Origin: Auanema rhodensis | Taxonomy: Eukaryota; Animalia; Nematoda | DNA: 64,000 bases | Direction: 5' to 3' | NCBI GenBank assembly: GCA_964057225.1 | Contig: OZ059894.1 | Span: 13,020,001-13,084,000 of the forward strand | Shown: positions 25,840 to 41,297 of the stretch, in pieces | Numbering within the stretch: position 1 is the stretch's first letter | How the letters are laid out: each line of letters starts with the position of its first letter | The notes under the pieces: model-generated | Told to the model about the DNA's origin: nothing | What the model saw: the letters and a program-made list of their open reading frames with translations, nothing else | Databases searched by the model: none | Position numbers and translations under genes: made by a program

Positions 25840-28800
25840 AATTTTCCAATTCATTTTACTCTATTTTCTTCATTTAATCATGTTTCTTGGAACAATTTTA
25901 AATTTTTACAATAATTTTGAAACAAATCATTCATTTAATAATGTTTTTAACAGTAAAGAAGATATAATTTCAAATATTTTGATACTCAAAAAATAAAACA
26001 TGAAAATATTTTAAAATTTTCCAATTCATTTTACTCTATTTTCTTCATTTAATCATGTTTCTTGGAACAATTTTAAATTTTACAATAATTTCGAAACAAA
26101 TCATCCAGTTAATAATGTTTTTAACAGTAAAGTAGATATTATTTTAATTATTTTGATACTCAAAAAATAAAACATGAAAATATTTTATAATTTTCCAATT
26201 CATTTTACTCTATTTTCTTCATTTAATCACGTATTTTGAAACAATCTCAAATTTTTACAATAGTTTTGAAACAATTCATTCGTTCATTAAGATTTTAAAC
26301 AGTGAAAAAAAAAAGTTTGAATATTTTGATACTCAAGAAATAAAACATGAAAATATTTTATAATATTCCAATTCATTTTACTCTATTTTCTTCATTTAAT
26401 CACGTATTTTGAAACAATCTCATATTTTTACAATAGTTTCGAAACAATTAATTCGTTCATTAAGATTTGAAACATTAAAAACGATCTTAATTTGAATTTT
26501 CTGATACTAAGAAAATAAAACATGGAAATATTTTATAATTTTCCAATTCATTTTACTCCATTTTCTTTATTTAATCACGTATTTTGAAACAATCTCAAAT
26601 TTTTACAATAGTTTTGAAACAATTCATTCGTTCTGTAAGATTTTAAACAGTGAAAAAAAAAAGTTTAAATATTTTGATACTCAAGAAATAAAACATGAAA
26701 ATATTTTATAATTTTCCAATTCATTTTGCTCCATTTTCTTCATTTAATCACGTATTTTGAAACAATCTCATATTTTTACAATAATTTCCAAACAAATCAT
26801 CCAGTTAATAATGTTTTTAACAGTAAAAAAGATATAATTCTGAATATTTCGATACTCAAGAAATAAAAAATGAAAATATTTTATAATTTTCCAATTCATT
26901 TTACTCCATTTTCTTCATTTAATCACGTATTTTGAAACAATCTCATATTTTTACAATAGTTTTGAAACAATTCATTCGTTCATTAAGATTTGAAACATTA
27001 AAAACGATCTTAATTTGAATTTTCTGATACTAAGAAAATAAAACATGGAAATATTTTATAATTTTCCAATTCATTTTACTCCATTTTCTTCATTTAATCA
27101 TGTTTCTTGGAACAATTTTAAATTTTTACAATAATTTTGAAACAAATCATTCATTTAATTATGTTTTTAACAGTAAAGAAGATATAATTTCAAATATTTT
27201 GATACTCAAAAAATGAAACATGAAAATATTTTAAAATTTTCCAATTCATTTTACTCTATTTTCTTCATTTAATCATGTTTCTTGGAACAATTTTAAATTT
27301 TACAATAATTTCGAAACAAATCATCCAGTTAATAATGTTTTTAACAGTAAAGTAGATATAATTTTAATTATTTTGATACTCAAAAAATAAAACATGAAAA
27401 TATTTTATAATTTTCCAATTCATTTTACTCTATTTTCTTCATTTAATCACGTATTTTGAAACAATCTCAAATTTTTACAATAGTTTTGAAACAATTCATT
27501 CGTTCATTAAGATTTTAAACAGTGAAAAAAAAAAGTTTGAATATTTTGATACTCAAGAAATAAAACATGAAAATATTTTATAATATTCCAATTCATTTTA
27601 CTCTATTTTCTTCATTTAATCACGTATTTTGAAACAATCTCATATTTTTACAATAGTTTTGAAACAATTAATTCGTTCATTAAGATTTGAAACATTAAAA
27701 ACGATCTTAATTTGAATTTTCTGATACTAAGAAAATAAAACATGGAAATATTTTATAATTTTCCAATTCATTTTACTCCATTTTCTTCATTTAATCACGT
27801 ATTTTGAAACAATCTCAAATTTTTACAATAGTTTTGAAACAATTCATTCGTTCTGTAAGATTTTAAACAGTGAAAAAAAAAAGTTTAAATATTTTGATAC
27901 TCAAGAAATAAAACATGAAAATATTTTATAATTTTCCAATTCATTTTGCTCCATTTTCTTCATTTAATCACGTATTTTGAAACAATCTCATATTTTTACA
28001 ATAATTTCCAAACAAATCATCCAGTTAATAATGTTTTTAACAGTAAAAAAGATATAATTTTGAATATTTTGATACTCAAGAAATAAAAAATGAAAATATT
28101 TTATAATTTTCCAATTCATTTTACTCCATTTTCTTCATTTAATCACGTATTTTGAAACAATCTCATATTTTTACAATAGTTTTGAAACAATTCATTCGTT
28201 CATTAAGATTTGAAACATTAAAAACGATCTTAATTTGAATTTTCTGATACTAAGAAAATAAAACATGGAAATATTTTATAATTTTCCAATTCATTTTATT
28301 CCATTTTCTTCATTTAATCACGTATTTTGAAACAATCTCAAATTTTTACAATAGTTTTGAAACAATTCATTCGTTCATTAAGATTTTAAACAGTGAAAAA
28401 AAAAGTTTGAATATTTTGATACTCAAGAAATAAAACATGAAAATATTTTATAATTTTCCAATTCATTTTACTCTATTTTCTTCATTTAATCATGTTTCTT
28501 GGAACATTTTTAAATTTTTACAATAATTTTGAAACAAATCATTCATTCAATAATGTTTTTAACAGTAAAGAAGATATAATTTCAAATATTTTGATACTCA
28601 AAAAATAAAACATGAAAATATTTTAAAATTTTCCAATTCATTTTACTCTATTTTCTTCATTTAATCATGTTTCTTGGAACAATTTTAAATTTTTACAATA
28701 ATTTTGAAACAAATCATTCATTTAATAATGTTTTTAACAGTAAAGAAGATATAATTTCAAATATTTTGATACTCAAAAAATAAAACATGAAAATATTTTA

Positions 28801-31412
28801 AAATTTTCCAATTCATTTTACTCTATTTTCTTCATTTAATCATGTTTCTTGGAACAATTTTAAATTTTACAATAATTTCGAAACAAATCATCCAGTTAAT
28901 AATGTTTTTAACAGTAAAGTAGATATTATTTTAATTATTTTGATACTCAAAAAATAAAACATGAAAATATTTTATAATTTTCCAATTCATTTTACTCTAT
29001 TTTCTTCATTTAATCACGTATTTTGAAACAATCTCAAATTTTTACAATAGTTTTGAAACAATTCATTCGTTCATTAAGATTTTAAACAGTGAAAAAAAAA
29101 AGTTTGAATATTTTGATACTCAAGAAATAAAACATGAAAATATTTTATAATATTCCAATTCATTTTACTCTATTTTCTTCATTTAATCACGTATTTTGAA
29201 ACAATCTCATATTTTTACAATAGTTTCGAAACAATTAATTCGTTCATTAAGATTTGAAACATTAAAAACGATCTTAATTTGAATTTTCTGATACTAAGAA
29301 AATAAAACATGGAAATATTTTATAATTTTCCAATTCATTTTACTCCATTTTCTTCATTTAATCACGTATTTTGAAACAATCTCAAATTTTTACAATAGTT
29401 TTGAAACAATTCATTCGTTCTGTAAGATTTTAAACAGTGAAAAAAAAAAGTTTAAATATTTTGATACTCAAGAAATAAAACATGAAAATATTTTATAATT
29501 TTCCAATTCATTTTGCTCCATTTTCTTCATTTAATCACGTATTTTGAAACAATCTCATATTTTTACAATAATTTCCAAACAAATCATCCAGTTAATAATG
29601 TTTTTAACAGTAAAAAAGATATAATTCTGAATATTTCGATACTCAAGAAATAAAAAATGAAAATATTTTATAATTTTCCAATTCATTTTACTCCATTTTC
29701 TTCATTTAATCACGTATTTTGAAACAATCTCATATTTTTACAATAGTTTTGAAACAATTCATTCGTTCATTAAGATTTGAAACATTAAAAACGATCTTAA
29801 TTTGAATTTTCTGATACTAAGAAAATAAAACATGGAAATATTTTATAATTTTCCAATTCATTTTACTCCATTTTCTTCATTTAATCATGTTTCTTGGAAC
29901 AATTTTAAATTTTTACAATAATTTTGAAACAAATCATTCATTTAATTATGTTTTTAACAGTAAAGAAGATATAATTTCAAATATTTTGATACTCAAAAAA
30001 TGAAACATGAAAATATTTTAAAATTTTCCAATTCATTTTACTCTATTTTCTTCATTTAATCATGTTTCTTGGAACAATTTTAAATTTTACAATAATTTCG
30101 AAACAAATCATCCAGTTAATAATGTTTTTAACAGTAAAGTAGATATAATTTTAATTATTTTGATACTCAAAAAATAAAACATGAAAATATTTTATAATTT
30201 TCCAATTCATTTTACTCTATTTTCTTCATTTAATCACGTATTTTGAAACAATCTCAAATTTTTACAATAGTTTTGAAACAATTCATTCGTTCATTAAGAT
30301 TTTAAACAGTGAAAAAAAAAAGTTTGAATATTTTGATACTCAAGAAATAAAACATGAAAATATTTTATAATATTCCAATTCATTTTACTCTATTTTCTTC
30401 ATTTAATCACGTATTTTGAAACAATCTCATATTTTTACAATAGTTTTGAAACAATTAATTCGTTCATTAAGATTTGAAACATTAAAAACGATCTTAATTT
30501 GAATTTTCTGATACTAAGAAAATAAAACATGGAAATATTTTATAATTTTCCAATTCATTTTACTCCATTTTCTTCATTTAATCACGTATTTTGAAACAAT
30601 CTCAAATTTTTACAATAGTTTTGAAACAATTCATTCGTTCTGTAAGATTTTAAACAGTGAAAAAAAAAAGTTTAAATATTTTGATACTCAAGAAATAAAA
30701 CATGAAAATATTTTATAATTTTCCAATTCATTTTGCTCCATTTTCTTCATTTAATCACGTATTTTGAAACAATCTCATATTTTTACAATAATTTCCAAAC
30801 AAATCATCCAGTTAATAATGTTTTTAACAGTAAAAAAGATATAATTTTGAATATTTTGATACTCAAGAAATAAAAAATGAAAATATTTTATAATTTTCCA
30901 ATTCATTTTACTCCATTTTCTTCATTTAATCACGTATTTTGAAACAATCTCATATTTTTACAATAGTTTTGAAACAATTCATTCGTTCATTAAGATTTGA
31001 AACATTAAAAACGATCTTAATTTGAATTTTCTGATACTAAGAAAATAAAACATGGAAATATTTTATAATTTTCCAATTCATTTTATTCCATTTTCTTCAT
31101 TTAATCACGTATTTTGAAACAATCTCAAATTTTTACAATAGTTTTGAAACAATTCATTCGTTCATTAAGATTTTAAACAGTGAAAAAAAAAGTTTGAATA
31201 TTTTGATACTCAAGAAATAAAACATGAAAATATTTTATAATTTTCCAATTCATTTTACTCTATTTTCTTCATTTAATCATGTTTCTTGGAACATTTTTAA
31301 ATTTTTACAATAATTTTGAAACAAATCATTCATTCAATAATGTTTTTAACAGTAAAGAAGATATAATTTCAAATATTTTGATACTCAAAAAATAAAACAT
31401 GAAAATATTTTA
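25840..31412 (-). repeat. Tandem duplication of a 16-monomer unit (2787 bp x 2)
   Basis: gtttCgaaacaatTa (26440/29227), ataattCtgaatatttCg (26840/29627) and ggaacaTttt (28501/31288) all repeat at 2787. Confidence 0.9.
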
Positions 31413-34400
31413 TAATTTTCCAATTCATTTTACTCTATTTTCTTCATTTAATCATGTTTCTTGGAACAATTTTAAATTTTTACAATAATTTCGAAACAAA
31501 TCATCCAGTTAATAATGTTTTTGACAGTAAAGAAGTTATAATTTCAAATATTTTGATACTCAAAAAAAAAAACATGAAAATATTTTATAATTTTCCAATT
31601 CATTTTACTCTATTTTCTTCATTAAATCACGTATTTTGAAACAATCTCAAATTTTTACAATAGTTTTGAAACAATTCATTCGTTCATTAAGATTTTAAAC
31701 AGTGAAAAAAAAAAGTTTGAATATTTTGAAACTCAAGAAATAAAACATGAAAATATTTTATAATTTTCCAATTCATTTTACTCCATTTTCTTCATTTAAT
31801 CACGTATTTTGAAACAATCTCATATTTTTACAATAGTTTTGAAACAATTCATTCGTTCATTGAGATTTGAAACATTAAAAACGATCTTAATTTGAATTTT
31901 CTGATACTAAAAAAATAAAACATGAAAATATTTTATAATTTTCCAATTCATTTTACTCTATTTTCTTCATTAAATCACGTATTTTGAAACAATCTCAAAT
32001 TTTTACAATAGTTTTGAAACAATTCATTCGTTCATTAAGATTTTAAACAGTGAAAAAAAAAGTTTGAATATTTTGATACTCAAAAAATAAAACATGAAAA
32101 TATTTTAAAATTTTCCAATTCATTTTACTCTATTTTCTTCATTTAATCATGTTTCTTGGAACAATCTCATATTTTTACAATAGTTTTGAAACAATTCATT
32201 CGTTCATTGAGATTTGAAACATTAAAAACGATCTTAAGTTGAATTTTCTGATACTAAAAAAATAAAACATGGAAATATTTTATAATTTTCCAATTCATTT
32301 TACTCCATTTTCTACATTTAATCACGTATTTTGAAACAATCTCAAATTTTTACAATAGTTTTGAAACAATTCATTCGTTCATTAAGATTTTAAACAGTGA
32401 AAAAAAAAAGTTTGAATATTTTGAAACTCAAGAAATAAAACATGAAAATATTTTATAATTTTCCAATTCATTTTACTCCATTTCCTTCATTTAATCACGT
32501 ATTTTGAAACAATCTCATATTTTTACAATAGTTTTGAAACAATTCATTCGTTCATTAAGATTTTAAACAGTGAAAAAAAAAAGTTTGAATATTTTGAAAC
32601 TCAAGAAATAAAACATGAAAATATTTTATAATTTTCCAATTCATTTTACTCCATTTCCTTCATTTAATCACGTATTTTGAAACAATCTCATATTTTTACA
32701 ATAGTTTTGAAACAATTCATTCGTTCATTAAGATTTTAAACAGTGAAAAAAAAAAGTTTGAATATTTTGATACTCAAGAAATAAAACATGAAAATATTTT
32801 ATAATATTCCAATTCATCTTACTCTATTTTCTTCATTTAATCACGTATTTTGAAACAATCTCATATTTTTACAATAGTTTTGAAACAATTAATTCGTTCA
32901 TTAAGATTTGAAACATTGAAAACGATCTTAATTTGAATTTTCTGATACTAAGAAAATAAAACATGGAAATATTTTATAATTTTCCAATTCATTTTACTCC
33001 ATTTTCTTCATTTAATCACGTATTTTGAAACAATCTCAAATTTTTACAATAGTTTTGAAACAATTCATTCGTTCTGTAAGATTTTAAACAGTGAAAAAAA
33101 AAAGTTTAAATATTTTGATACTCAAGAAATAAAACATGAAAATATTTTATAATTTTCCAATTCATTTTGCTCCATTTTCTTCATTTAATCACGTATTTTG
33201 AAACAATCTCATATTTTTACAATAGTTTTGAAACAATTCATTCGTTCATTGAGATTTGAAACATTAAAAACGATCTTAATTTGAATTTTCTGATACTAAA
33301 AAAATAAAACATGGAAATATTTTATAATTTTCCAATTCATTTTACTCCATTTTCTTCATTTAATCACGTATTTTGAAACAATCTCATATTTTTACAATAG
33401 TTTTGAAACAATTCATTCGTTCATTAAGATTTTAAACAGTGAAAAAAAAAAGTTTGAATATTTTGAAACTCAAGAAATAAAACATGAAAATATTTTATAA
33501 TTTTCCAATTCATTTTACTCCATTTTCTTCATTTAATCACGTATTTTGAAACAATCTCATATTTTTACAATAGTTTTGAAACAATTCATTCGTTCATTAA
33601 GATTTTAAACAGTGAAAAAAAAAAGTTTGAATATTTTGAAACTCAAGAAATAAAACATGAAAATATTTTATAATTTTCCAATTCATTTTACTCCATTTTC
33701 TTCATTTAATCACGTATTTTGAATTAATCTCATATTTTTACAATAGTTTTGAAACAATTCATTCGTTCATTAAGATTTTAAACAGTGAAAAAAAAAAGTT
33801 TGAATATTTTGATACTCAAGAAATAAAACATGAAAATATTTCATAATTTTCCAATTCATTTTACTCTATTTTCTTCATTTAATCATGTTTCTTGGAACAA
33901 TTTTAAATTTTTACAATAGTTTTGAAACAATTCATTCGTTCATTAAGATTTTAAACAGTGAAAAAAAAAAGTTTGAATATTTTGATACTCAAGAAATAAA
34001 ACATGAAAATATTTTATAATTTTCCAATTCATTTTACTCTATTTTCTTCATTTAATCATGTTTCTTGGAACAATTTTAAATTTTTACAATAATTTTGAAA
34101 CAAATCATTCATTTAATAATGTTTTTAACAGTAAAGAAGATATAATTTCAAATATTTTGATACTCAAAAAATAAAACATGAAAATATTTTAAAATTTTCC
34201 AATTCATTTTACTCTATTTTCTTCATTTAATCATGTTTCTTGGAACAATTTTAAATTTTACAATAATTTCGAAACAAATCATCCAGTTAATAATGTTTTT
34301 AACAGTAAAGTAGATATTATTTTAATTATTTTGATACTCAAAAAATAAAACATGAAAATATTTTATAATTTTCCAATTCATTTTACTCTATTTTCTTCAT

Positions 34401-37400
34401 TTAATCACGTATTTTGAAACAATCTCAAATTTTTACAATAGTTTTGAAACAATTCATTCGTTCATTAAGATTTTAAACAGTGAAAAAAAAAAGTTTGAAT
34501 ATTTTGATACTCAAGAAATAAAACATGAAAATATTTTATAATATTCCAATTCATTTTACTCTATTTTCTTCATTTAATCACGTATTTTGAAACAATCTCA
34601 TATTTTTACAATAGTTTCGAAACAATTAATTCGTTCATTAAGATTTGAAACATTAAAAACGATCTTAATTTGAATTTTCTGATACTAAGAAAATAAAACA
34701 TGGAAATATTTTATAATTTTCCAATTCATTTTACTCCATTTTCTTCATTTAATCACGTATTTTGAAACAATCTCAAATTTTTACAATAGTTTTGAAACAA
34801 TTCATTCGTTCTGTAAGATTTTAAACAGTGAAAAAAAAAAGTTTAAATATTTTGATACTCAAGAAATAAAACATGAAAATATTTTATAATTTTCCAATTC
34901 ATTTTGCTCCATTTTCTTCATTTAATCACGTATTTTGAAACAATCTCATATTTTTACAATAATTTCCAAACAAATCATCCAGTTAATAATGTTTTTAACA
35001 GTAAAAAAGATATAATTCTGAATATTTCGATACTCAAGAAATAAAAAATGAAAATATTTTATAATTTTCCAATTCATTTTACTCCATTTTCTTCATTTAA
35101 TCACGTATTTTGAAACAATCTCATATTTTTACAATAGTTTTGAAACAATTCATTCGTTCATTAAGATTTGAAACATTAAAAACGATCTTAATTTGAATTT
35201 TCTGATACTAAGAAAATAAAACATGGAAATATTTTATAATTTTCCAATTCATTTTACTCCATTTTCTTCATTTAATCATGTTTCTTGGAAAAATTTTAAA
35301 TTTTTACAATAATTTCGAAACAAATCATTCATTTAATAATGTTTTTAACAGTAAAGAAGATATAATTTTAAATATTTTGATACTCAAAAAATAAAACATG
35401 AAAATATTTTATAATTTTCCAATTCATTTTACTCTATTTTCTTCATTTAATCATGTTTCTTGGAACAATTTTAAATTTTTACAATAATTTCGAAACAAAT
35501 CATCCAGTTAATAATGTTTTTAACAGTAAAGTAGATATAATTTTAATTATTTTGATACTCAAAAAATAAAACATGAAAATATTTTATAATTTTCCAATTC
35601 ATTTTACTCTATTTTCTTCATTTAATCACGTATTTTGAAACAATCTCAAATTTTTACAATAGTTTTGAAACAATTCATTCGTTCATTAAGATTTTAAACA
35701 GTGAAAAAAAAAAGTTTGAATATTTTGAAACTCAAGAAATAAAACATGAAAATATTTTATATTTTTCCAATTCATTTTACTCCATTTTCTTCATTTAATC
35801 ACGTATTTTGAAACAATCTCATATTTTTACAATAGTTTTGAAACAATTCATTCGTTCATTAAGATTTGAAACATTAAAAACGATCTTAATTTGAATTTTC
35901 TGATACTAAGAAAATAAAACATGGAAATATTTTATAATTTTCCAATTCATTTTACTCCATTTTCTTCATTTAATCACGTATTTTGAAACAATCTCAAATT
36001 TTTACAATAGTTTTGAAACAATTCATTCGTTCATTAAGATTTTAAACAGTGAAAAAAAAAAGTTTGAATATTTTGAAACTCAAGAAATAAAACAGGAAAA
36101 TATTTTATAATTTTCCAATTCATTTTACTCCATTTTCTTCATTTAATCACGTATTTTGAAACAATCTCATATTTTTACAATAATTTCCAAACAAATCATC
36201 CAGTTAATAATGTTTTTAACAGTAAAAAAGATATAATTTTGAATATTTTGATACTCAAGAAATAAAACATGAAAATATTTTATAATTTTCCAATTCATTT
36301 TACTCTATTTTCTTCATTTAATCACGTATTTTGAAACAATCTCATATTTTTACAATAGTTTTGAAACAATTCATTCGTTCATTAAGATTTGAAACATTAA
36401 AAACGATCTTAATTTGAATTTTCTGATACTAAGAAAATAAAACATGGAAATATTTTATAATTTTCCAATTCATTTTATTCCATTTTCTTCATTTAATCAC
36501 GTATTTTGAAACAATCTCAAATTTTTACAATAGTTTTGAAACAATTCATTCGTTCATTAAGATTTTAAACAGTGAAAAAAAAAGTTTGAATATTTTGATA
36601 CTCAAGAAATAAAACATGAAAATATTTTATAATTTTCCAATTCATTTTACTCTATTTTCTTCATTTAATCATGTTTCTTGGAACATTTTTAAATTTTTAC
36701 AATAATTTTGAAACAAATCATTCATTCAATAATGTTTTTAACAGTAAAGTAGATATAATTTTAATTATTTTGATACTCAAAAAATAAAACATGAAAATAT
36801 TTTATAATTTTCCAATTCATTTTACTCTATTTTCTTCATTTAATCATGTTTCTTGGAACAATTTTAAATTTTTACAATAATTTCGAAACAAATCATCCAG
36901 TTAATAATGTTTTTGACAGTAAAGAAGTTATAATTTCAAATATTTTGATACTCAAAAAAAAAAACATGAAAATATTTTATAATTTTCCAATTCATTTTAC
37001 TCTATTTTCTTCATTTAATCACGTATTTTGAAACAATCTCAAATTTTTACAATAGTTTTGAAACAATTCATTCGTTCATTAAGATTTTAAACAGTGAAAA
37101 AAAAAAGTTTGAATATTTTGAAACTCAAGAAATAAAACATGAAAATATTTTATAATTTTCCAATTCATTTTACTCCATTTTCTTCATTTAATCACGTATT
37201 TTGAAACAATCTCATATTTTTACAATAGTTTTGAAACAATTCATTCGTTCATTGAGATTTGAAACATTAAAAACGATCTTAATTTGAATTTTCTGATACT
37301 AAAAAAATAAAACATGAAAATATTTTATAATTTTCCAATTCATTTTACTCTATTTTCTTCATTAAATCACGTATTTTGAAACAATCTCAAATTTTTACAA

Positions 37401-40400
37401 TAGTTTTGAAACAATTCATTCGTTCATTAAGATTTTAAACAGTGAAAAAAAAAGTTTGAATATTTTGATACTCAAAAAATAAAACATGAAAATATTTTAA
37501 AATTTTCCAATTCATTTTACTCTATTTTCTTCATTTAATCATGTTTCTTGGAACAATCTCATATTTTTACAATAGTTTTGAAACAATTCATTCGTTCATT
37601 GAGATTTGAAACATTAAAAACGATCTTAAGTTGAATTTTCTGATACTAAAAAAATAAAACATGGAAATATTTTATAATTTTCCAATTCATTTTACTCCAT
37701 TTTCTACATTTAATCACGTATTTTGAAACAATCTCAAATTTTTACAATAGTTTTGAAACAATTCATTCGTTCATTAAGATTTTAAACAGTGAAAAAAAAA
37801 AGTTTGAATATTTTGAAACTCAAGAAATAAAACATGAAAATATTTTATAATTTTCCAATTCATTTTACTCCATTTCCTTCATTTAATCACGTATTTTGAA
37901 ACAATCTCATATTTTTACAATAGTTTTGAAACAATTCATTCGTTCATTAAGATTTTAAACAGTGAAAAAAAAAAGTTTGAATATTTTGAAACTCAAGAAA
38001 TAAAACATGAAAATATTTTATAATTTTCCAATTCATTTTACTCCATTTCCTTCATTTAATCACGTATTTTGAAACAATCTCATATTTTTACAATAGTTTT
38101 GAAACAATTCATTCGTTCATTAAGATTTTAAACAGTGAAAAAAAAAAGTTTGAATATTTTGATACTCAAGAAATAAAACATGAAAATATTTTATAATATT
38201 CCAATTCATCTTACTCTATTTTCTTCATTTAATCACGTATTTTGAAACAATCTCATATTTTTACAATAGTTTTGAAACAATTAATTCGTTCATTAAGATT
38301 TGAAACATTGAAAACGATCTTAATTTGAATTTTCTGATACTAAGAAAATAAAACATGGAAATATTTTATAATTTTCCAATTCATTTTACTCCATTTTCTT
38401 CATTTAATCACGTATTTTGAAACAATCTCAAATTTTTACAATAGTTTTGAAACAATTCATTCGTTCTGTAAGATTTTAAACAGTGAAAAAAAAAAGTTTA
38501 AATATTTTGATACTCAAGAAATAAAACATGAAAATATTTTATAATTTTCCAATTCATTTTGCTCCATTTTCTTCATTTAATCACGTATTTTGAAACAATC
38601 TCATATTTTTACAATAGTTTTGAAACAATTCATTCGTTCATTGAGATTTGAAACATTAAAAACGATCTTAATTTGAATTTTCTGATACTAAAAAAATAAA
38701 ACATGGAAATATTTTATAATTTTCCAATTCATTTTACTCCATTTTCTTCATTTAATCACGTATTTTGAAACAATCTCATATTTTTACAATAGTTTTGAAA
38801 CAATTCATTCGTTCATTAAGATTTTAAACAGTGAAAAAAAAAAGTTTGAATATTTTGAAACTCAAGAAATAAAACATGAAAATATTTTATAATTTTCCAA
38901 TTCATTTTACTCCATTTTCTTCATTTAATCACGTATTTTGAAACAATCTCATATTTTTACAATAGTTTTGAAACAATTCATTCATTCATTAAGATTTTAA
39001 ACAGTGAAAAAAAAAAGTTTGAATATTTTGAAACTCAAGAAATAAAACATGAAAATATTTTATAATTTTCCAATTCATTTTACTCCATTTTCTTCATTTA
39101 ATCACGTATTTTGAATTAATCTCATATTTTTACAATAGTTTTGAAACAATTCATTCGTTCATTAAGATTTTAAACAGTGAAAAAAAAAAGTTTGAATATT
39201 TTGATACTCAAGAAATAAAACATGAAAATATTTCATAATTTTCCAATTCATTTTACTCTATTTTCTTCATTTAATCATGTTTCTTGGAACAATTTTAAAT
39301 TTTTACAATAGTTTTGAAACAATTCATTCGTTCATTAAGATTTTAAACAGTGAAAAAAAAAAGTTTGAATATTTTGATACTCAAGAAATAAAACATGAAA
39401 ATATTTTATAATTTTCCAATTCATTTTACTCTATTTTCTTCATTTAATCATGTTTCTTGGAACAATTTTAAATTTTTACAATAATTTTGAAACAAATCAT
39501 TCATTTAATAATGTTTTTAACAGTAAAGAAGATATAATTTCAAATATTTTGATACTCAAAAAATAAAACATGAAAATATTTTAAAATTTTCCAATTCATT
39601 TTACTCTATTTTCTTCATTTAATCATGTTTCTTGGAACAATTTTAAATTTTACAATAATTTCGAAACAAATCATCCAGTTAATAATGTTTTTAACAGTAA
39701 AGTAGATATTATTTTAATTATTTTGATACTCAAAAAATAAAACATGAAAATATTTTATAATTTTCCAATTCATTTTACTCTATTTTCTTCATTTAATCAC
39801 GTATTTTGAAACAATCTCAAATTTTTACAATAGTTTTGAAACAATTCATTCGTTCATTAAGATTTTAAACAGTGAAAAAAAAAAGTTTGAATATTTTGAT
39901 ACTCAAGAAATAAAACATGAAAATATTTTATAATATTCCAATTCATTTTACTCTATTTTCTTCATTTAATCACGTATTTTGAAACAATCTCATATTTTTA
40001 CAATAGTTTCGAAACAATTAATTCGTTCATTAAGATTTGAAACATTAAAAACGATCTTAATTTGAATTTTCTGATACTAAGAAAATAAAACATGGAAATA
40101 TTTTATAATTTTCCAATTCATTTTACTCCATTTTCTTCATTTAATCACGTATTTTGAAACAATCTCAAATTTTTACAATAGTTTTGAAACAATTCATTCG
40201 TTCTGTAAGATTTTAAACAGTGAAAAAAAAAAGTTTAAATATTTTGATACTCAAGAAATAAAACATGAAAATATTTTATAATTTTCCAATTCATTTTGCT
40301 CCATTTTCTTCATTTAATCACGTATTTTGAAACAATCTCATATTTTTACAATAATTTCCAAACAAATCATCCAGTTAATAATGTTTTTAACAGTAAAAAA

Positions 40401-40682
40401 GATATAATTCTGAATATTTCGATACTCAAGAAATAAAAAATGAAAATATTTTATAATTTTCCAATTCATTTTACTCCATTTTCTTCATTTAATCACGTAT
40501 TTTGAAACAATCTCATATTTTTACAATAGTTTTGAAACAATTCATTCGTTCATTAAGATTTGAAACATTAAAAACGATCTTAATTTGAATTTTCTGATAC
40601 TAAGAAAATAAAACATGGAAATATTTTATAATTTTCCAATTCATTTTACTCCATTTTCTTCATTTAATCATGTTTCTTGGAA
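31380..40682 (-). repeat. Duplicated block, about 31380-35290 and 36772-40682 (offset 5392, 31 monomers)
   Basis: The ORF-track copies carrying tttGacagt start at 31454 and 36846. gaaTTaatctc (33721/39113) and attcatCtt (about 32818/38210) show the same offset. Confidence 0.88.
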
Positions 40683-41297
40683 CAATTTTAAATTTTTACA
40701 ATAATTTTGAAACAAATCATTCATTTAATTATGTTTTTAACAGTAAAGAAGATATAATTTCAAATATTTTGATACTCAAAAAATGAAACATGAAAATATT
40801 TTAAAATTTTCCAATTCATTTTACTCTATTTTCTTCATTTAATCATGTTTCTTGGAACAATTTTAAATTTTACAATAATTTCGAAACAAATCATCCAGTT
40901 AATAATGTTTTTAACAGTAAAGTAGATATAATTTTAATTATTTTGATACTCAAAAAATAAAACATGAAAATATTTTATAATTTTCCAATTCATTTTACTC
41001 TATTTTCTTCATTTAATCACGTATTTTGAAACAATCTCAAATTTTTACAATAGTTTTGAAACAATTCATTCGTTCATTAAGATTTTAAACAGTGAAAAAA
41101 AAAAGTTTGAATATTTTGATACTCAAGAAATAAAACATGAAAATATTTTATAATATTCCAATTCATTTTACTCTATTTTCTTCATTTAATCACGTATTTT
41201 GAAACAATCTCATATTTTTACAATAGTTTTGAAACAATTAATTCGTTCATTAAGATTTGAAACATTAAAAACGATCTTAATTTGAATTTTCTGATAC

